NCBI GenBank assembly: GCA_035567055.1
Contig: DATMQX010000002.1
Span: 425-64,424 of the forward strand
Length of the DNA stretch: 64,000 bases
DNA from: Solirubrobacteraceae bacterium
GTDB lineage: Bacteria > Actinomycetota > Thermoleophilia > Solirubrobacterales > Solirubrobacteraceae
Direction of reading: 5' to 3'
Within the stretch, counting starts at the first letter, position 1, and every line of letters starts with the position of its first letter. The translations under genes and the position numbers were made by a program. Below the pieces are notes generated by a model. The model worked only from the letters and a program-made list of their open reading frames with translations, did no database searches and was not told the DNA's origin. Of this stretch, positions 1-9,243 are shown piece after piece.

Positions 1-1266
1 CCGGCCAAAAGCGGTCCGCTCGACATCGCCGCGGGTGCCGACGGCAACCTGTGGTTCACCGAGGAAACGAACAAGATCGGTCGGATAACCCCAGCCGGGA
101 CGATCAGCGAATTCGAAATCCCGACCGCGTCAAGCGGTCCCGAAGGGATCGCGGCTGGCCCCGACGGGAACGTCTGGTTCACGGAGTACTCGAAAAGCCA
201 GATCGGGCGGATCAACGTCGCGGAAGTGGTCCCCGGCACCTCCAAAGGGATCACCGAGTTCCCGATACCGACGTCCGAAAGCCACCCGGAATGGATCACC
301 GCTGGCCCGGACGGCGAGTTGTGGTTCACCGAGACCACGAAGAACAGGATCGGGCGCATCACGCCTGCCGGCGCGGTCGCGGACTTCGAAGTCCCGACGG
401 CCGCCAGCAGCCCGGCCGGCATCGCGACCGGCCCTGACGGCAATCTGTGGGTGACCGAGTACAGCTTCGCGGGCAACAGGCTCGCCCGGGTCGGCGCGGG
501 CGTGCCAGAAGCCCTCGTCTCCTCGCCCGCGGTGAGCGGCGGTGGCCAGGCCGGGACGGCGCAGACGTGCAACAGCGTGTCGTGGGCGACCTGGGCTTCG
601 CTGCAACCCTCGGTCAGCCTGTACGGTTTTGACGGCTACCGCTGGCTGCTTGACGGCTCGCAGATCGCGACCGGACAGTCCTATACGCCGAGCGCGGCGA
701 ACGTGGGTCACCAGCTCGCCTGTGCTGAGACGGTCACGTACCCGCTGCCGTTCCTTGTCAGCGCCGCCGCGACTAGCCCGCCGGTCACGGTTGTGGCTCC
801 TATACCGTTGCCGCGGCCGCTACCCCGCGGCTGCTCGTGCCCCCGCCTCGTTGGGTTCCCGCAGATCACAGCGGCAAGCGAGTCCCACCGCGTCTGGCGG
901 GAGGGCAGCAGGCTCGCGCGCATCAGCAAGAGGAAGCGTCCGGTTGGCACCGTGTTCTCGTTCACGCTCAACAGACCGGCGCGCGTTCGCTTCGTGTTTG
1001 CCCAGCAGGCCGCTGGAAGGAAGGTCAACGGGAGGTGCGTCGCCCAGACCCAGGCGAACCGCCAGAGGCGGCCGTGCAGGCGGGGCGTGACGCGGGGCGC
1101 GCTGTCATTTGCTGGCCGCCGCGGGTCGAACAGAGTTGCCTTCCAGGGTCGGCTCTCCCGCTCGAGCAGACTTCCCCCCGGCGCCTACACGGTGACGATC
1201 GTCGCGACGATCGCAAGCGGGCCGCGGTCGAGCCCGGTGCGGCTCACCTTCACGATCGTGAAATAG
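1..1266 (+). CDS. Vgb/streptogramin-lyase-like beta-propeller repeat protein with C-terminal Ig-like/surface domains (5' partial)
   Basis: Frame is open from base 1 (PAKSGPLDIAAGADGNLWFTE...). Repeated 'P..I.AGPDGxLWFTE..N.IGRITP' units, then a PLPRP linker and a basic C-terminal domain. Confidence 0.8.
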   Translation, partial: PAKSGPLDIAAGADGNLWFTEETNKIGRITPAGTISEFEIPTASSGPEGIAAGPDGNVWFTEYSKSQIGRINVAEVVPGTSKGITEFPIPTSESHPEWITAGPDGELWFTETTKNRIGRITPAGAVADFEVPTAASSPAGIATGPDGNLWVTEYSFAGNRLARVGAGVPEALVSSPAVSGGGQAGTAQTCNSVSWATWASLQPSVSLYGFDGYRWLLDGSQIATGQSYTPSAANVGHQLACAETVTYPLPFLVSAAATSPPVTVVAPIPLPRPLPRGCSCPRLVGFPQITAASESHRVWREGSRLARISKRKRPVGTVFSFTLNRPARVRFVFAQQAAGRKVNGRCVAQTQANRQRRPCRRGVTRGALSFAGRRGSNRVAFQGRLSRSSRLPPGAYTVTIVATIASGPRSSPVRLTFTIVK

Positions 1267-1320
1267 CGGCGCGCTCGACAACATCGCACCCGCGGGCCTG
1301 TTGTCTGCGACCCTAGGCGC

Positions 1321-2112
1321 ATGCCGCTGAGCGCTTGCACGGACGCCGTCGCTGCAGCATGGGTGCGGGAAGGCGTGCGCGAGTTCGATTACACGGTCGG
1401 GTCAATCGTGCCCGCCGTGTTCGATGCCTATGCCCGGGTCTTCCACCCGCCTTCGCGCGGCATGGGCGACGATGCGGTCGAGGTTCGTTGGGGTGAGGTG
1501 GCTGCGGCCAATGGCCGTGTGATGCATCCGGCGGCGGAGTGGGGCTCGCTGACCGGGTCATGGCAGCTGCGTGAGCAGGCGGGTGTCTGGGATCAGGAGC
1601 CGAGCATCGGAGATCTGCCCGAGGCCGTCGCGGCGCCGCTGGTGAGGCTGCTCGGTGAGCACGCGTTGACCCCGGAGCGCTGCAGGTTTGGGCTGTGGGA
1701 GGGCCGCGGGGCACCGAGCCTGATGTTCCTCTTCTCGGAGGGCACTCCCGAGGAGGAGCAGGAGCGCCATCGCGAGGCGGCTTGGGCCGACATGGACGCG
1801 TGGCGTGCGCTGCTCGAGGGCGCGCCGCGGCTGGAGCTGCCTGAGCGCACGATGTGGCTCCTTGAAGGCCCGTTGAGCGCGATCGAGGACTTCTATGTTC
1901 AGCACCGCGACGCTCCGAACATCTGGTGGCCTGACGATCGCGCCTGGTGTGTCGCGACCGAGATCGACCTGATGACGACGTACGTGGGAGGGGCGCGCGC
2001 GCTGATCGACGCGATCGTCGCCGACCATGAGCTCGAGGCGCTGCCTGTCGCCGACGACCAGCTCGTCACCTGGGAGGCCGACACGATCAATCCACTGCCC
2101 GCTCCTCCCTGA
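1321..2112 (+). CDS. Conserved hypothetical protein
   Basis: 263-aa ORF with protein-like composition and a C-terminal 'PNIWWPDDRAWCVATEIDLMTTYVGG' motif seen in actinobacterial hypotheticals. Confidence 0.7.
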   Translation: MPLSACTDAVAAAWVREGVREFDYTVGSIVPAVFDAYARVFHPPSRGMGDDAVEVRWGEVAAANGRVMHPAAEWGSLTGSWQLREQAGVWDQEPSIGDLPEAVAAPLVRLLGEHALTPERCRFGLWEGRGAPSLMFLFSEGTPEEEQERHREAAWADMDAWRALLEGAPRLELPERTMWLLEGPLSAIEDFYVQHRDAPNIWWPDDRAWCVATEIDLMTTYVGGARALIDAIVADHELEALPVADDQLVTWEADTINPLPAPP

Positions 2113-2293
2113 AGCCCGGCTCCGGTCCCAGCCGGAGATGAGAGACAGGACAGCCGCAGGCGGGTTCGCGGTTAAGGAACGGCCCCGTCAGGGGCGCGCG
2201 CGGCGCGGGCCGAAGACCCCCGCCTTGACGGCGGACGCCGCAGGCTATGGCCGCCAGCACGAGCGGTGCGTGGTCCGCCCCTAGGCCGGGAAG

Positions 2294-2860
2294 CTACTCG
2301 GTTGCCGCGTCGCTGGGCCGGGGCGAGACGCCCCGAACGAAAGCCTGAGCCCGGAGCTGCTGGTCGGTCGGGTGTTCGCTGGCGCCGAACTCCCGGACGA
2401 CAGTGACGATGGCCTCCTTCTCGGCATGGTCTCGTGCATAGTCGTGGAGGCGAAACAGTGCCTGTAGGCCAGCGCCTTGCCTCACTGGGTCATGCTCGGC
2501 GAGCAGCTCTGACGCTCGCATGAATCGTTCCAGAAAGCCCGCAAGAGCCGCCTGTCTCAAGCTGCGCGCGGTGAAGTACGCGGTGAGCAGAAGCAACACA
2601 CCGCCGAGGCCCTTCAGTCCGTAGTCGACGACCGCTCCGTCATGCAGTGCCGCCGCAATGATCCCGATGAGAAGTCCCGCCAGGCCGATCGCCCACGCGA
2701 CTGCTGCGACCGTGCGGTCCTCGGCGTCTCTCCACACGCCGACCACGCGCCGGAGCGGATCGAGAGGGCCACCGAGCCTCGACGGCGGAGCTCCGGAAGC
2801 TACTGCTCGCGTACCCCGTCTGTCCTCGTCACGCGCTGTCATTAGCAGGGCACTGGTCAT
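2294..2860 (-). CDS. Hypothetical membrane protein (2 TM)
   Basis: Two hydrophobic segments followed by a helical 'RFMRASELL...VRQGAGLQAL' region; true start uncertain. Confidence 0.5.
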   Translation of the reverse strand: MTSALLMTARDEDRRGTRAVASGAPPSRLGGPLDPLRRVVGVWRDAEDRTVAAVAWAIGLAGLLIGIIAAALHDGAVVDYGLKGLGGVLLLLTAYFTARSLRQAALAGFLERFMRASELLAEHDPVRQGAGLQALFRLHDYARDHAEKEAIVTVVREFGASEHPTDQQLRAQAFVRGVSPRPSDAATE

Positions 2861-3065
2861 TGGTCTGGAGAGACATGGCGCGGTCGTAGGCTAGACCCGA
2901 TGGCGGACGCAGGTCCCATCGCGAGACGGCCACCGGGTGGCTGTGCACGGCGCATAGGGAGTGCGCCCGTCCGCGACGGATGGCGCACATGGCCCCGGAT
3001 TCGTCCACGGACCGCACCGCGGACCCCGAATCCACGCCCGCGCCCCGTCCCACCGGGGCGGGTGG

Positions 3066-3129
3066 CCTGGTTTGGTTCTTGACCTCGCGCCCCCAACGTC
3101 AGGTGCTCGAGGTCAAGAACCAAACCAGG
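3066..3129. repeat. Perfect 22-bp inverted repeat with 20-bp spacer
   Basis: CCTGGTTTGGTTCTTGACCTCG (3066-3087) and its exact reverse complement CGAGGTCAAGAACCAAACCAGG (3108-3129). Confidence 0.9.
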
Positions 3130-3489
3130 AAAGGAGGAGGGGACGGGGAGAGTGGGGGAGGGAGATCAGAGGATGAATCCAGAGAAGAAGACAAGAAGGA
3201 GAGAGTAAGAAACAAAAAAACAACGGCGGGCGGCCGGCGCGGCGAGGCGAGCGGGCGAGTGGGAGAAGCGGGCGGGAGGGAGGAGGGAAGGGGAGTGGGG
3301 CGAGAGGTGGACGGAGTGAGCCGCAGGTGCGCGAGGTCGCGGCCAGGCGAGCCGACCGCGAGAATGGCCGAGACGTGTGGCCGGCGGGATGAGTAACGGT
3401 CACCACGCGGTCGCGAAGCGTCCGCTTCGTGCGCCGATGTCCAGCGCTGCTGGACTCGCGTCGCCGGCCCGGTCTACGCTCTCGTTGAT

Positions 3490-3774
3490 ATGTCTGCGCC
3501 GACCCGTCGACCGTTGCGCTACTGGGGCGTCGACCTCGCACGTGAGACGCGCGGTCCTCGCGTGTCTGTCGTGTTCGCGATCGTTCTGTCCGCAGTCGCT
3601 GTGTTGACGGTTACGGCTACGTGGGGCTTTCCTATGGAGGTGGCACGAGGCCACATTCATCAGCCGATGTTTTGGCCTGCGGCGGCGTCGACGTGGCTGT
3701 TTGCGCTGTGGGTCAGTCCGCGCGCGATCCGCGCGTGGCGGCAGGTCGCCCTGGCAAGGCGGACCGGGTCATGA
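3490..3774 (+). CDS. Small membrane protein
   Basis: 94 aa, two hydrophobic stretches; stop overlaps the next ATG (ATGA). Confidence 0.5.
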   Translation: MSAPTRRPLRYWGVDLARETRGPRVSVVFAIVLSAVAVLTVTATWGFPMEVARGHIHQPMFWPAAASTWLFALWVSPRAIRAWRQVALARRTGS

Positions 3775-4052
3775 CGGGTCGTCTGGCGTCCGCCGGAGAC
3801 CGGATCCTCGGGGGGCGTCCGCCTGAGGGCGCACCGAGGAGGGAGGTTCTGCTCTGGCTGAGGCGCTTCTACCTGAGGATGCTTCCGCTAGCTCTGGTGG
3901 CGTACCTGCTGGTGGCGATCTATCTGCCGGCGCCGTGGGCATGGGCGGTCCCGGCCGCGGGCGTGCTGTTCTGGGTGCAGGGCTACGTGTCTCTTAGCCT
4001 TCGTATTCGCCGCGAGGCGCGGAGCGACGTGCCGGGCGGGCACCAGTCCTAA
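3771..4052 (+). CDS. Small membrane protein
   Basis: ATG at 3771 coupled to the upstream stop; two TM segments (MLPLALVAYLLVAIYL; WAWAVPAAGVLFWVQGYVSLSL). Confidence 0.55.
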   Translation: MTGRLASAGDRILGGRPPEGAPRREVLLWLRRFYLRMLPLALVAYLLVAIYLPAPWAWAVPAAGVLFWVQGYVSLSLRIRREARSDVPGGHQS

Positions 4053-4058
4053 CCGCCT

Positions 4059-4448
4059 GTGTCCGACTCCCTGCCGCTGACCCACTTGGAGCAGGAGCTG
4101 CTCGAGCTCTCCAGCATGGCGTTCTGGGGCGAGACGACGGCGACGCTTGACGAGGAGATGTTGGCGCTCTCGCCGGGCCGCGCCACAGTGGAGACGACCC
4201 TTCGAGGGCTCGTAGCCCGTGGCCTCATGACGACAGAACGCGTCGATGACGATGACTGGTGGCCCGTCACTCCAGCAGGACGACGCGCGATCGGACTCCC
4301 CCGGAGACGACCACCGGTCGGCTGGATGAACCCAAGCTCTGGGCCATTCCGGCGCTCGCCCGTGAACGCTTTTTTCTACGGCATCTGGCACAGGATCAGA
4401 AGCAGGGTCAAATGGCTCCTGTACGCCGACACACACTGGCGTAACTGA
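4059..4448 (+). CDS. Hypothetical protein, possible winged-helix
   Basis: 'TVETTLRGLVARGLM...WPVTPAGRRAI' resembles a wHTH recognition helix and wing. Confidence 0.45.
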   Translation: MSDSLPLTHLEQELLELSSMAFWGETTATLDEEMLALSPGRATVETTLRGLVARGLMTTERVDDDDWWPVTPAGRRAIGLPRRRPPVGWMNPSSGPFRRSPVNAFFYGIWHRIRSRVKWLLYADTHWRN

Positions 4449-4642
4449 TCAGTGTCCTCTGTGCAAGCGGGCAGCCGTTCGGTCGCAGCCTGCCGATGGC
4501 GGGAGCCCGCCCCTCAGCCGTGCGGTGGCCCTCCACGGAACCAAGCGAACCAGTCCGGCAGGGTTCGGCGCATGTCGAGCGCCCCGACGATGACGGTGAG
4601 TGCGATCAGCGTCGGAATCAAGACCTCGGGGGAGCCCTCCCT

Positions 4643-4694
4643 CGGTGCTGCCGTTGACAAGGGCCGGCCTGGGCCGGCCCGCCTCCGACGGAGT
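4643..4694 (+). repeat. ~52-bp dispersed intergenic repeat, copy 1
   Basis: CGGTGCTGCCGTTGACAAGGGCCGGCCTGGGCCGGCCCGCCTCCGACGGAGT, nearly identical to 5814-5864. Confidence 0.85.
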
Positions 4695-4761
4695 CAAGCC
4701 CAGACGCAACGCCGCGTACGGGACGCGGCCATCCTGCTCAAGGTGCCGCGCCGGTCCGAGT

Positions 4762-5394
4762 TCAGCGGCATAATCCCTTGACCCTCTTGAACAGCCGGCT
4801 CGCGCCGGCGAGCGGCGCTCGCCTTGATTCTTCCTGCGTGACCGGAGCTTCGAAGTGGTTCCAGACGACGAAGAAGCAACGGCCGCTCGTAAAGAGGACG
4901 TCGTCGGTACGGCCAGATGCCCCGGGGAAGCTCACCCCTATAGAACCGGGGACGGAGGGCGCGGTAAAGCGTTCACGGCGACCCCCTTGCGATACGAGAA
5001 ACCTGAGGTTCGAAGCTAGCTCCCCTCGCGCCCCACGCGACGAGCTGTACACCGACGCGTCCGACTCGGCGTATGCACGGGCGTATTCGAACCACTCAAG
5101 GACGCCTAGACGAAGCCCCTCATGGTTCAAACGGTTCACATCGGGCACCACTTCGGCTGGCTTGTCTTTGAAGAACTCCTTGGCAATGCGTCGTGCCGAC
5201 GTCGTGGATGCGATGCCATGCTCGGCGAGTGCGAAGCCAGGCAGCTCGCTCGGTCGCACGACAAGCTTCGAAGGTGGGATCTGCCTCGCAGAGACATCCG
5301 TCGCCACCCCGGCGGTGCACACCAGAACTGTCAAACCAATAAGGACCGCCCGCACAGCGGCCAGTCTACGTTGAGTGCGATTCGTTGTGGGCAT
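4762..5394 (-). CDS. Secreted hypothetical protein
   Basis: Signal-peptide-like N-terminus (RRLAAVRAVLIGLTVLVCTAGVA); start taken at ATG 5394. Confidence 0.6.
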   Translation of the reverse strand: MPTTNRTQRRLAAVRAVLIGLTVLVCTAGVATDVSARQIPPSKLVVRPSELPGFALAEHGIASTTSARRIAKEFFKDKPAEVVPDVNRLNHEGLRLGVLEWFEYARAYAESDASVYSSSRGARGELASNLRFLVSQGGRRERFTAPSVPGSIGVSFPGASGRTDDVLFTSGRCFFVVWNHFEAPVTQEESRRAPLAGASRLFKRVKGLCR

Positions 5395-5422
5395 GACGGG
5401 GCGAACCCTGGCGCTTGACGCC

Positions 5423-5444
5423 CATGCGAACATATGTTCGCATG
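5423..5444. promoter_or_regulatory. LexA/SOS box (Gram-positive GAAC-N4-GTTC type) in a perfect 22-bp palindrome
   Basis: CATGCGAACATATGTTCGCATG, just downstream of TTGACG (5415-5420) and overlapping ATG 5442. Confidence 0.7.
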
Positions 5445-5765
5445 ACTGCTCGCCCGTGGAAGCCGGCCGTGGAGCTCGAGGGTGCGCTGGAGCGCGGCGA
5501 GCTCGAGTACTCGATCACGCTGGCCGCGGAAGTCTCCGAAGATCAGCGCCGCCCGCTCGACCTGGAGATGGCCCTGCGGTTTCTGCCGGTGGTCGCCGAG
5601 CGGCGCCCGGGCGAGTTCGACGCGTGGGCGCTGCGCTGGCTCACCCGCTGGATCACCGAGACACCAGGCGCGACGGTCGGCCGTGCCGCGGAGATCGCGT
5701 GCTCCCTCGCCGACGCGCAGCGTGAGCCGATCGCGCTCGAGTCCGTGCGGAAGACTCTGAGCTAG
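5442..5765 (+). CDS. Conserved hypothetical helical protein, likely SOS-regulated
   Basis: 107-aa ORF (MTARPWKPAVELEGALERGELEY...FDAWALRWLTRW) starting inside the SOS box. Confidence 0.6.
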   Translation: MTARPWKPAVELEGALERGELEYSITLAAEVSEDQRRPLDLEMALRFLPVVAERRPGEFDAWALRWLTRWITETPGATVGRAAEIACSLADAQREPIALESVRKTLS

Positions 5766-5813
5766 GTACGCTCCAACGGAACAAGACCCAGCGAGGCGAC
5801 CATGGCTGCCCCG

Positions 5814-5864
5814 CGGTGCTGCGGTTGACGAGAGCCGGCCTGGGCGGCCCGCCTCCGACGGAGT
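5814..5864 (+). repeat. ~52-bp dispersed intergenic repeat, copy 2
   Basis: CGGTGCTGCGGTTGACGAGAGCCGGCCTGGGCGGCCCGCCTCCGACGGAGT, matching 4643-4694. Confidence 0.85.
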
Positions 5865-5969
5865 GACACTGTGAGGCAGTGGACTGATCCGACCTGGGAC
5901 GGCTCGGCAGAATGCTCACCGTTGAGCCTCGCCGTTCATGGCACTCGGCGCCCGCGCCGATGCAAGAAC

Positions 5970-6248
5970 ATGCGCTTGAAGCGAAGCTCATCGAACGAGA
6001 GCCCCGAGCGCGAGGCGATCGGCCCGCCGGTCGCTGAGCGGGAGATCCTCTGCGGCGACGAGGACTCGGCTCGGGCGCAGGCGGAACGCCAACAGCAGCT
6101 CGAGCAGGCGGCGGAGGCGGAGTGGATCTACCTGCGCAACAAGGATGGGCGCTGGGTTGCTCGTAGAACCGCGCGCGACCCGGAGCCGTCGACGCCGAGC
6201 CGCAAAGAGCGGATCTTTAACGCGATCGCCGACATCTTCTTCTCGTAG
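5970..6248 (+). CDS. Small hypothetical protein
   Basis: ORF ending 'RIFNAIADIFFS'; followed by a GC hairpin at about 6267-6290. Confidence 0.4.
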   Translation: MRLKRSSSNESPEREAIGPPVAEREILCGDEDSARAQAERQQQLEQAAEAEWIYLRNKDGRWVARRTARDPEPSTPSRKERIFNAIADIFFS

Positions 6249-6442
6249 AGCCGAATGAAGCTGCCCTCGCGGACGCCTGCGTCCGCGAGCCCAACCATCG
6301 CCGTCGCGCCAGCTTCCCCGCTTTTCCTTGACCGCCCGCCGGCCCTCCTGTAGACGGTCAGGTAAACCCCTATAGAGCTATTGGCCCCGGCGACAGCGGT
6401 AACTGCCCCGGGGCCGTGGCACGGAAAGGAATCACCCTTCCC

Positions 6443-6703
6443 ATGCATGCAGAAAGTAGCGAGAGCGAGCGCCTTGAGTCGCCGAGCGACGTCGAACGGG
6501 CGGTGCTGATGGAGCTCCTCGGTGGCGAACACGGCGTGTGGACCCAGGGCGAGCTCGAACGCGCGGTGGCTGGCCCCCGCGGGTTCCCTGGACAGGTCGA
6601 TGACGCAATCAACCGCCTCTACGACACCGGCCTGGTTCACGTGTTCGGCGAGTTCGTGACCCCGACGAGGGCCGCCCGGCAGATGGACCAGCTCGCCCTG
6701 TAG
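6443..6703 (+). CDS. Small winged-helix protein
   Basis: GGAAAGGA RBS; 'VERAVLMELL...WTQGELERAV...VDDAINRLYDTGLVHVFGEFVTPT' is wHTH-like. Confidence 0.6.
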   Translation: MHAESSESERLESPSDVERAVLMELLGGEHGVWTQGELERAVAGPRGFPGQVDDAINRLYDTGLVHVFGEFVTPTRAARQMDQLAL

Positions 6704-7046
6704 CACTGATGCGCCGAGAGTGGGGGTGGGCCGCCGTCCGCGAACGCGGGCGGCGGCCCGGAACGTCTACGGCAGCATCGAGGGGGGCGGCGCCTGTGCG
6801 GGTGCGGGCGCCGAGTGCGCTCTTTGGCGGTCGTGGCGCGGACTGTCGAGCAGGTCACGTGTCGAGCCGGTGCGGCGGTCTCTTAGAGCCTCCCGCGTCC
6901 TGCCCTCGCTGAGGCGCTGTCGGCGGACGCGTGCTGGGAACTAGTCGCACAGGCGTCGCATGCGCCCTTGGCCCAGGCCTTCCCTTCGGAACGCCTGCGA
7001 TCAGAGAGTTCTGATGGGTTGACTTTCGGACCCTGGGTTCGATAGG

Positions 7047-8636
7047 GTGTGCGCACGTCGAAGGGGTAGGAGGAGGCGGACGATGGCGGGGCGTCATAGC
7101 GGCTTCTGGGAGCGGGTCGCCGGACGCTTGACACGAGCCAAGACGCACTATGGTCGCCCGAGGTGTGGCCACGGACCGCCGGGTCGCAATCGGTCAGGCC
7201 ACCTGGACGGGCGACCCCCGAGAAACACTGCCGTCGCCAGGGGGTCGTTGGTGCTGCTGCTAGTCGCCGGCACGTTCCTTGGATCTGTCGTCTCTGCCGT
7301 CGCGGCGGAGGCCCCCTCGTTCGTGCCGAACTCGAATCCGCCTGTGTCCCCAGAAGAAATGGCGGTCCAGTACTCGCGGCAGGAAGGCGTTCCCTATCCC
7401 GACGCGGTGCGCCGGATGCTCATTCAGGAACGCGTTCACGGTCTGCCTGAGGAATTGAAGGCAGCCTTTGGGGCAGGCTATGCCGGCGTATGGCTCGATC
7501 AGGCCACAGGCGAGGTTAGAGTGGGACTCATCTCGAGTGCCGATCGGGCCGCCGCCGAACGTGCGCTAGCTAGCCGCGGGCTTGGAGTCGCCGGCGCGGT
7601 TGTTCTGGCTCGGACGAGTCTGGGCGATCTCGAAGCGGCTCAGTACACCGTTGCGCGGGAACTGCGTCCCCTCATAACGCAAGGCACCGCGAAGGTCGCC
7701 ATCGATGAAGCGGGGAACCGCGTCGTTGTGACCCTCGCGCCCAAGGCGTCACCGACGGATTGGGCGTATGCGCGAAAGCTCAGCCAGGCCTTCTCGCAAG
7801 GGTACGACGCAAATGGCCCGGCATTGCCGCCCGTCAACCCGACACCTTTGGCGACTTCGCAAGCCACGGCGGGCGGCCCGCAACCCGCGCGTCGGGTCGT
7901 GGCGACGGTTGACGTGGCGCCGGGTCCACCGCTTGACATTGAGACGACTCGCTGTGGCAGCCAAAGCTGCGGCTTACCGTTGCGCGCTGGCGTCCGCATC
8001 GAGACGCCGTCTTACCTCTGCTCCGCGGGATTCGTGAGCACGTGGTGGAGCGGTTCGCGAACGTACTTCTTCATCATGGATGCTGGCCATTGTGTCCACG
8101 ATGACCCGTCCCATAAATGGGAAGCGTACGATCAGGACAACGGTGCGTGGCACTGGATCGGCTCACACTGGAGTTGGCGCTTTGGCACTTGCTGCGGCGA
8201 ACCAAGTTCACAGAACGGTCTCATCACGATCGATGCGGCGATCATCGAAATGAGCTACGCGAGCTTCTGGACGAACGTCTTGGCGCCCGGACCACTTTGG
8301 ATGCACGGATGGCCTAGCGGCACCGAATGGCAACTTACCGGACAGGCGCGCCCCGTTCAGGGGGAGTTCGGATGCAGATCGGGAGCAAGCAGTAGTTACT
8401 CCTGTGGGCACGCCACTGCGCTTGACGTGGTCGTTGGGATCCAGGGTGGACCTGAAATAGGGAATGAGATGGAAGTACCCGGTGCTTGCTCCTCGCCCGG
8501 AGACAGTGGCGGACCATTCGTGGACGCGGGCACAGCGCTAGGAATCCTGTCGGCCCAGACAATTGGGACTTGCACGACGTTTTACGCAAAAGTGTCGGAC
8601 ATCTCATACTGGTTCGGGGTGTACGTCTATGTCTAG
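7047..8636 (+). CDS. Secreted S1-family (alpha-lytic/streptogrisin-like) serine protease with N-terminal pro-domain
   Basis: Signal peptide; catalytic motifs CSAGF, DAGHC (His), IDAAII (Asp), GDSGGP (Ser). True start is probably downstream of 7047. Confidence 0.85.
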   Translation: MCARRRGRRRRTMAGRHSGFWERVAGRLTRAKTHYGRPRCGHGPPGRNRSGHLDGRPPRNTAVARGSLVLLLVAGTFLGSVVSAVAAEAPSFVPNSNPPVSPEEMAVQYSRQEGVPYPDAVRRMLIQERVHGLPEELKAAFGAGYAGVWLDQATGEVRVGLISSADRAAAERALASRGLGVAGAVVLARTSLGDLEAAQYTVARELRPLITQGTAKVAIDEAGNRVVVTLAPKASPTDWAYARKLSQAFSQGYDANGPALPPVNPTPLATSQATAGGPQPARRVVATVDVAPGPPLDIETTRCGSQSCGLPLRAGVRIETPSYLCSAGFVSTWWSGSRTYFFIMDAGHCVHDDPSHKWEAYDQDNGAWHWIGSHWSWRFGTCCGEPSSQNGLITIDAAIIEMSYASFWTNVLAPGPLWMHGWPSGTEWQLTGQARPVQGEFGCRSGASSSYSCGHATALDVVVGIQGGPEIGNEMEVPGACSSPGDSGGPFVDAGTALGILSAQTIGTCTTFYAKVSDISYWFGVYVYV

Positions 8637-9243
8637 AGGAACCAGATCGCCTCGAAGCCCAAGCCGGGCGCTTGCTTGGGCCGGCTCGGCCTTGGCCGTC
8701 ATTTCGATCGTTGCCTTCGGAGGCACCCTTGCATTCGCGGGCACAGCGCCCTCTGAGGTCTTGAAATCGGATGCGTTGTACAAACGGCTGGTCCACAGGC
8801 TCGCGGCACGGATCGGCGACGAGCGCTTTGCTTGCCTCGTCGGAATCGATGACGCGTATGAAAATCGTGTCGGCTTTAGTCTTCGGATCACGACCAAACT
8901 TGCTTTCAACGCGGCACGCCGCGCGCAACGATCGGACGCCAGCATCCAGAGAATCGAGATCGTCCCTCCTCGGTATTCCCTACGGGCCATGCGTCGCGTG
9001 TCGGTCGCCGCGCGGAGCGAGCTACGCGCATTTCCAAAGGCGACGGTCCAGCTCGTGACCGTCCTCGGTGAAGAACGTGCAAGCCGCGGGCGCTGTGCCC
9101 CTGCGGTCAAGATCACGGTGGCAGGCGAGTCAGACAAGGCGCTACTGGCTGGGGCTCAGCGGGTTCAGTCGCGGTACGGAGCCGATCGCGTCCGGGTACT
9201 CGTCGAGTCTCTCCCGGCAGTCGAACGCAAGTCTGGGTCCTAA
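8629..9243 (+). CDS. Secreted protein resembling a stand-alone protease pro-domain
   Basis: ATG overlaps the protease stop by 8 bp; signal peptide; 'IEIVPPRYSLRAMRRV' parallels the pro-region 'VLARTSLGDLEAA'. Confidence 0.55.
   Translation: MSRGTRSPRSPSRALAWAGSALAVISIVAFGGTLAFAGTAPSEVLKSDALYKRLVHRLAARIGDERFACLVGIDDAYENRVGFSLRITTKLAFNAARRAQRSDASIQRIEIVPPRYSLRAMRRVSVAARSELRAFPKATVQLVTVLGEERASRGRCAPAVKITVAGESDKALLAGAQRVQSRYGADRVRVLVESLPAVERKSGS

Noticed and set aside
2980-3396. 138-aa ORF across the purine tract
   Set aside because: The low-complexity G/E/R/K sequence is explained by the base bias, which may be an artefact.
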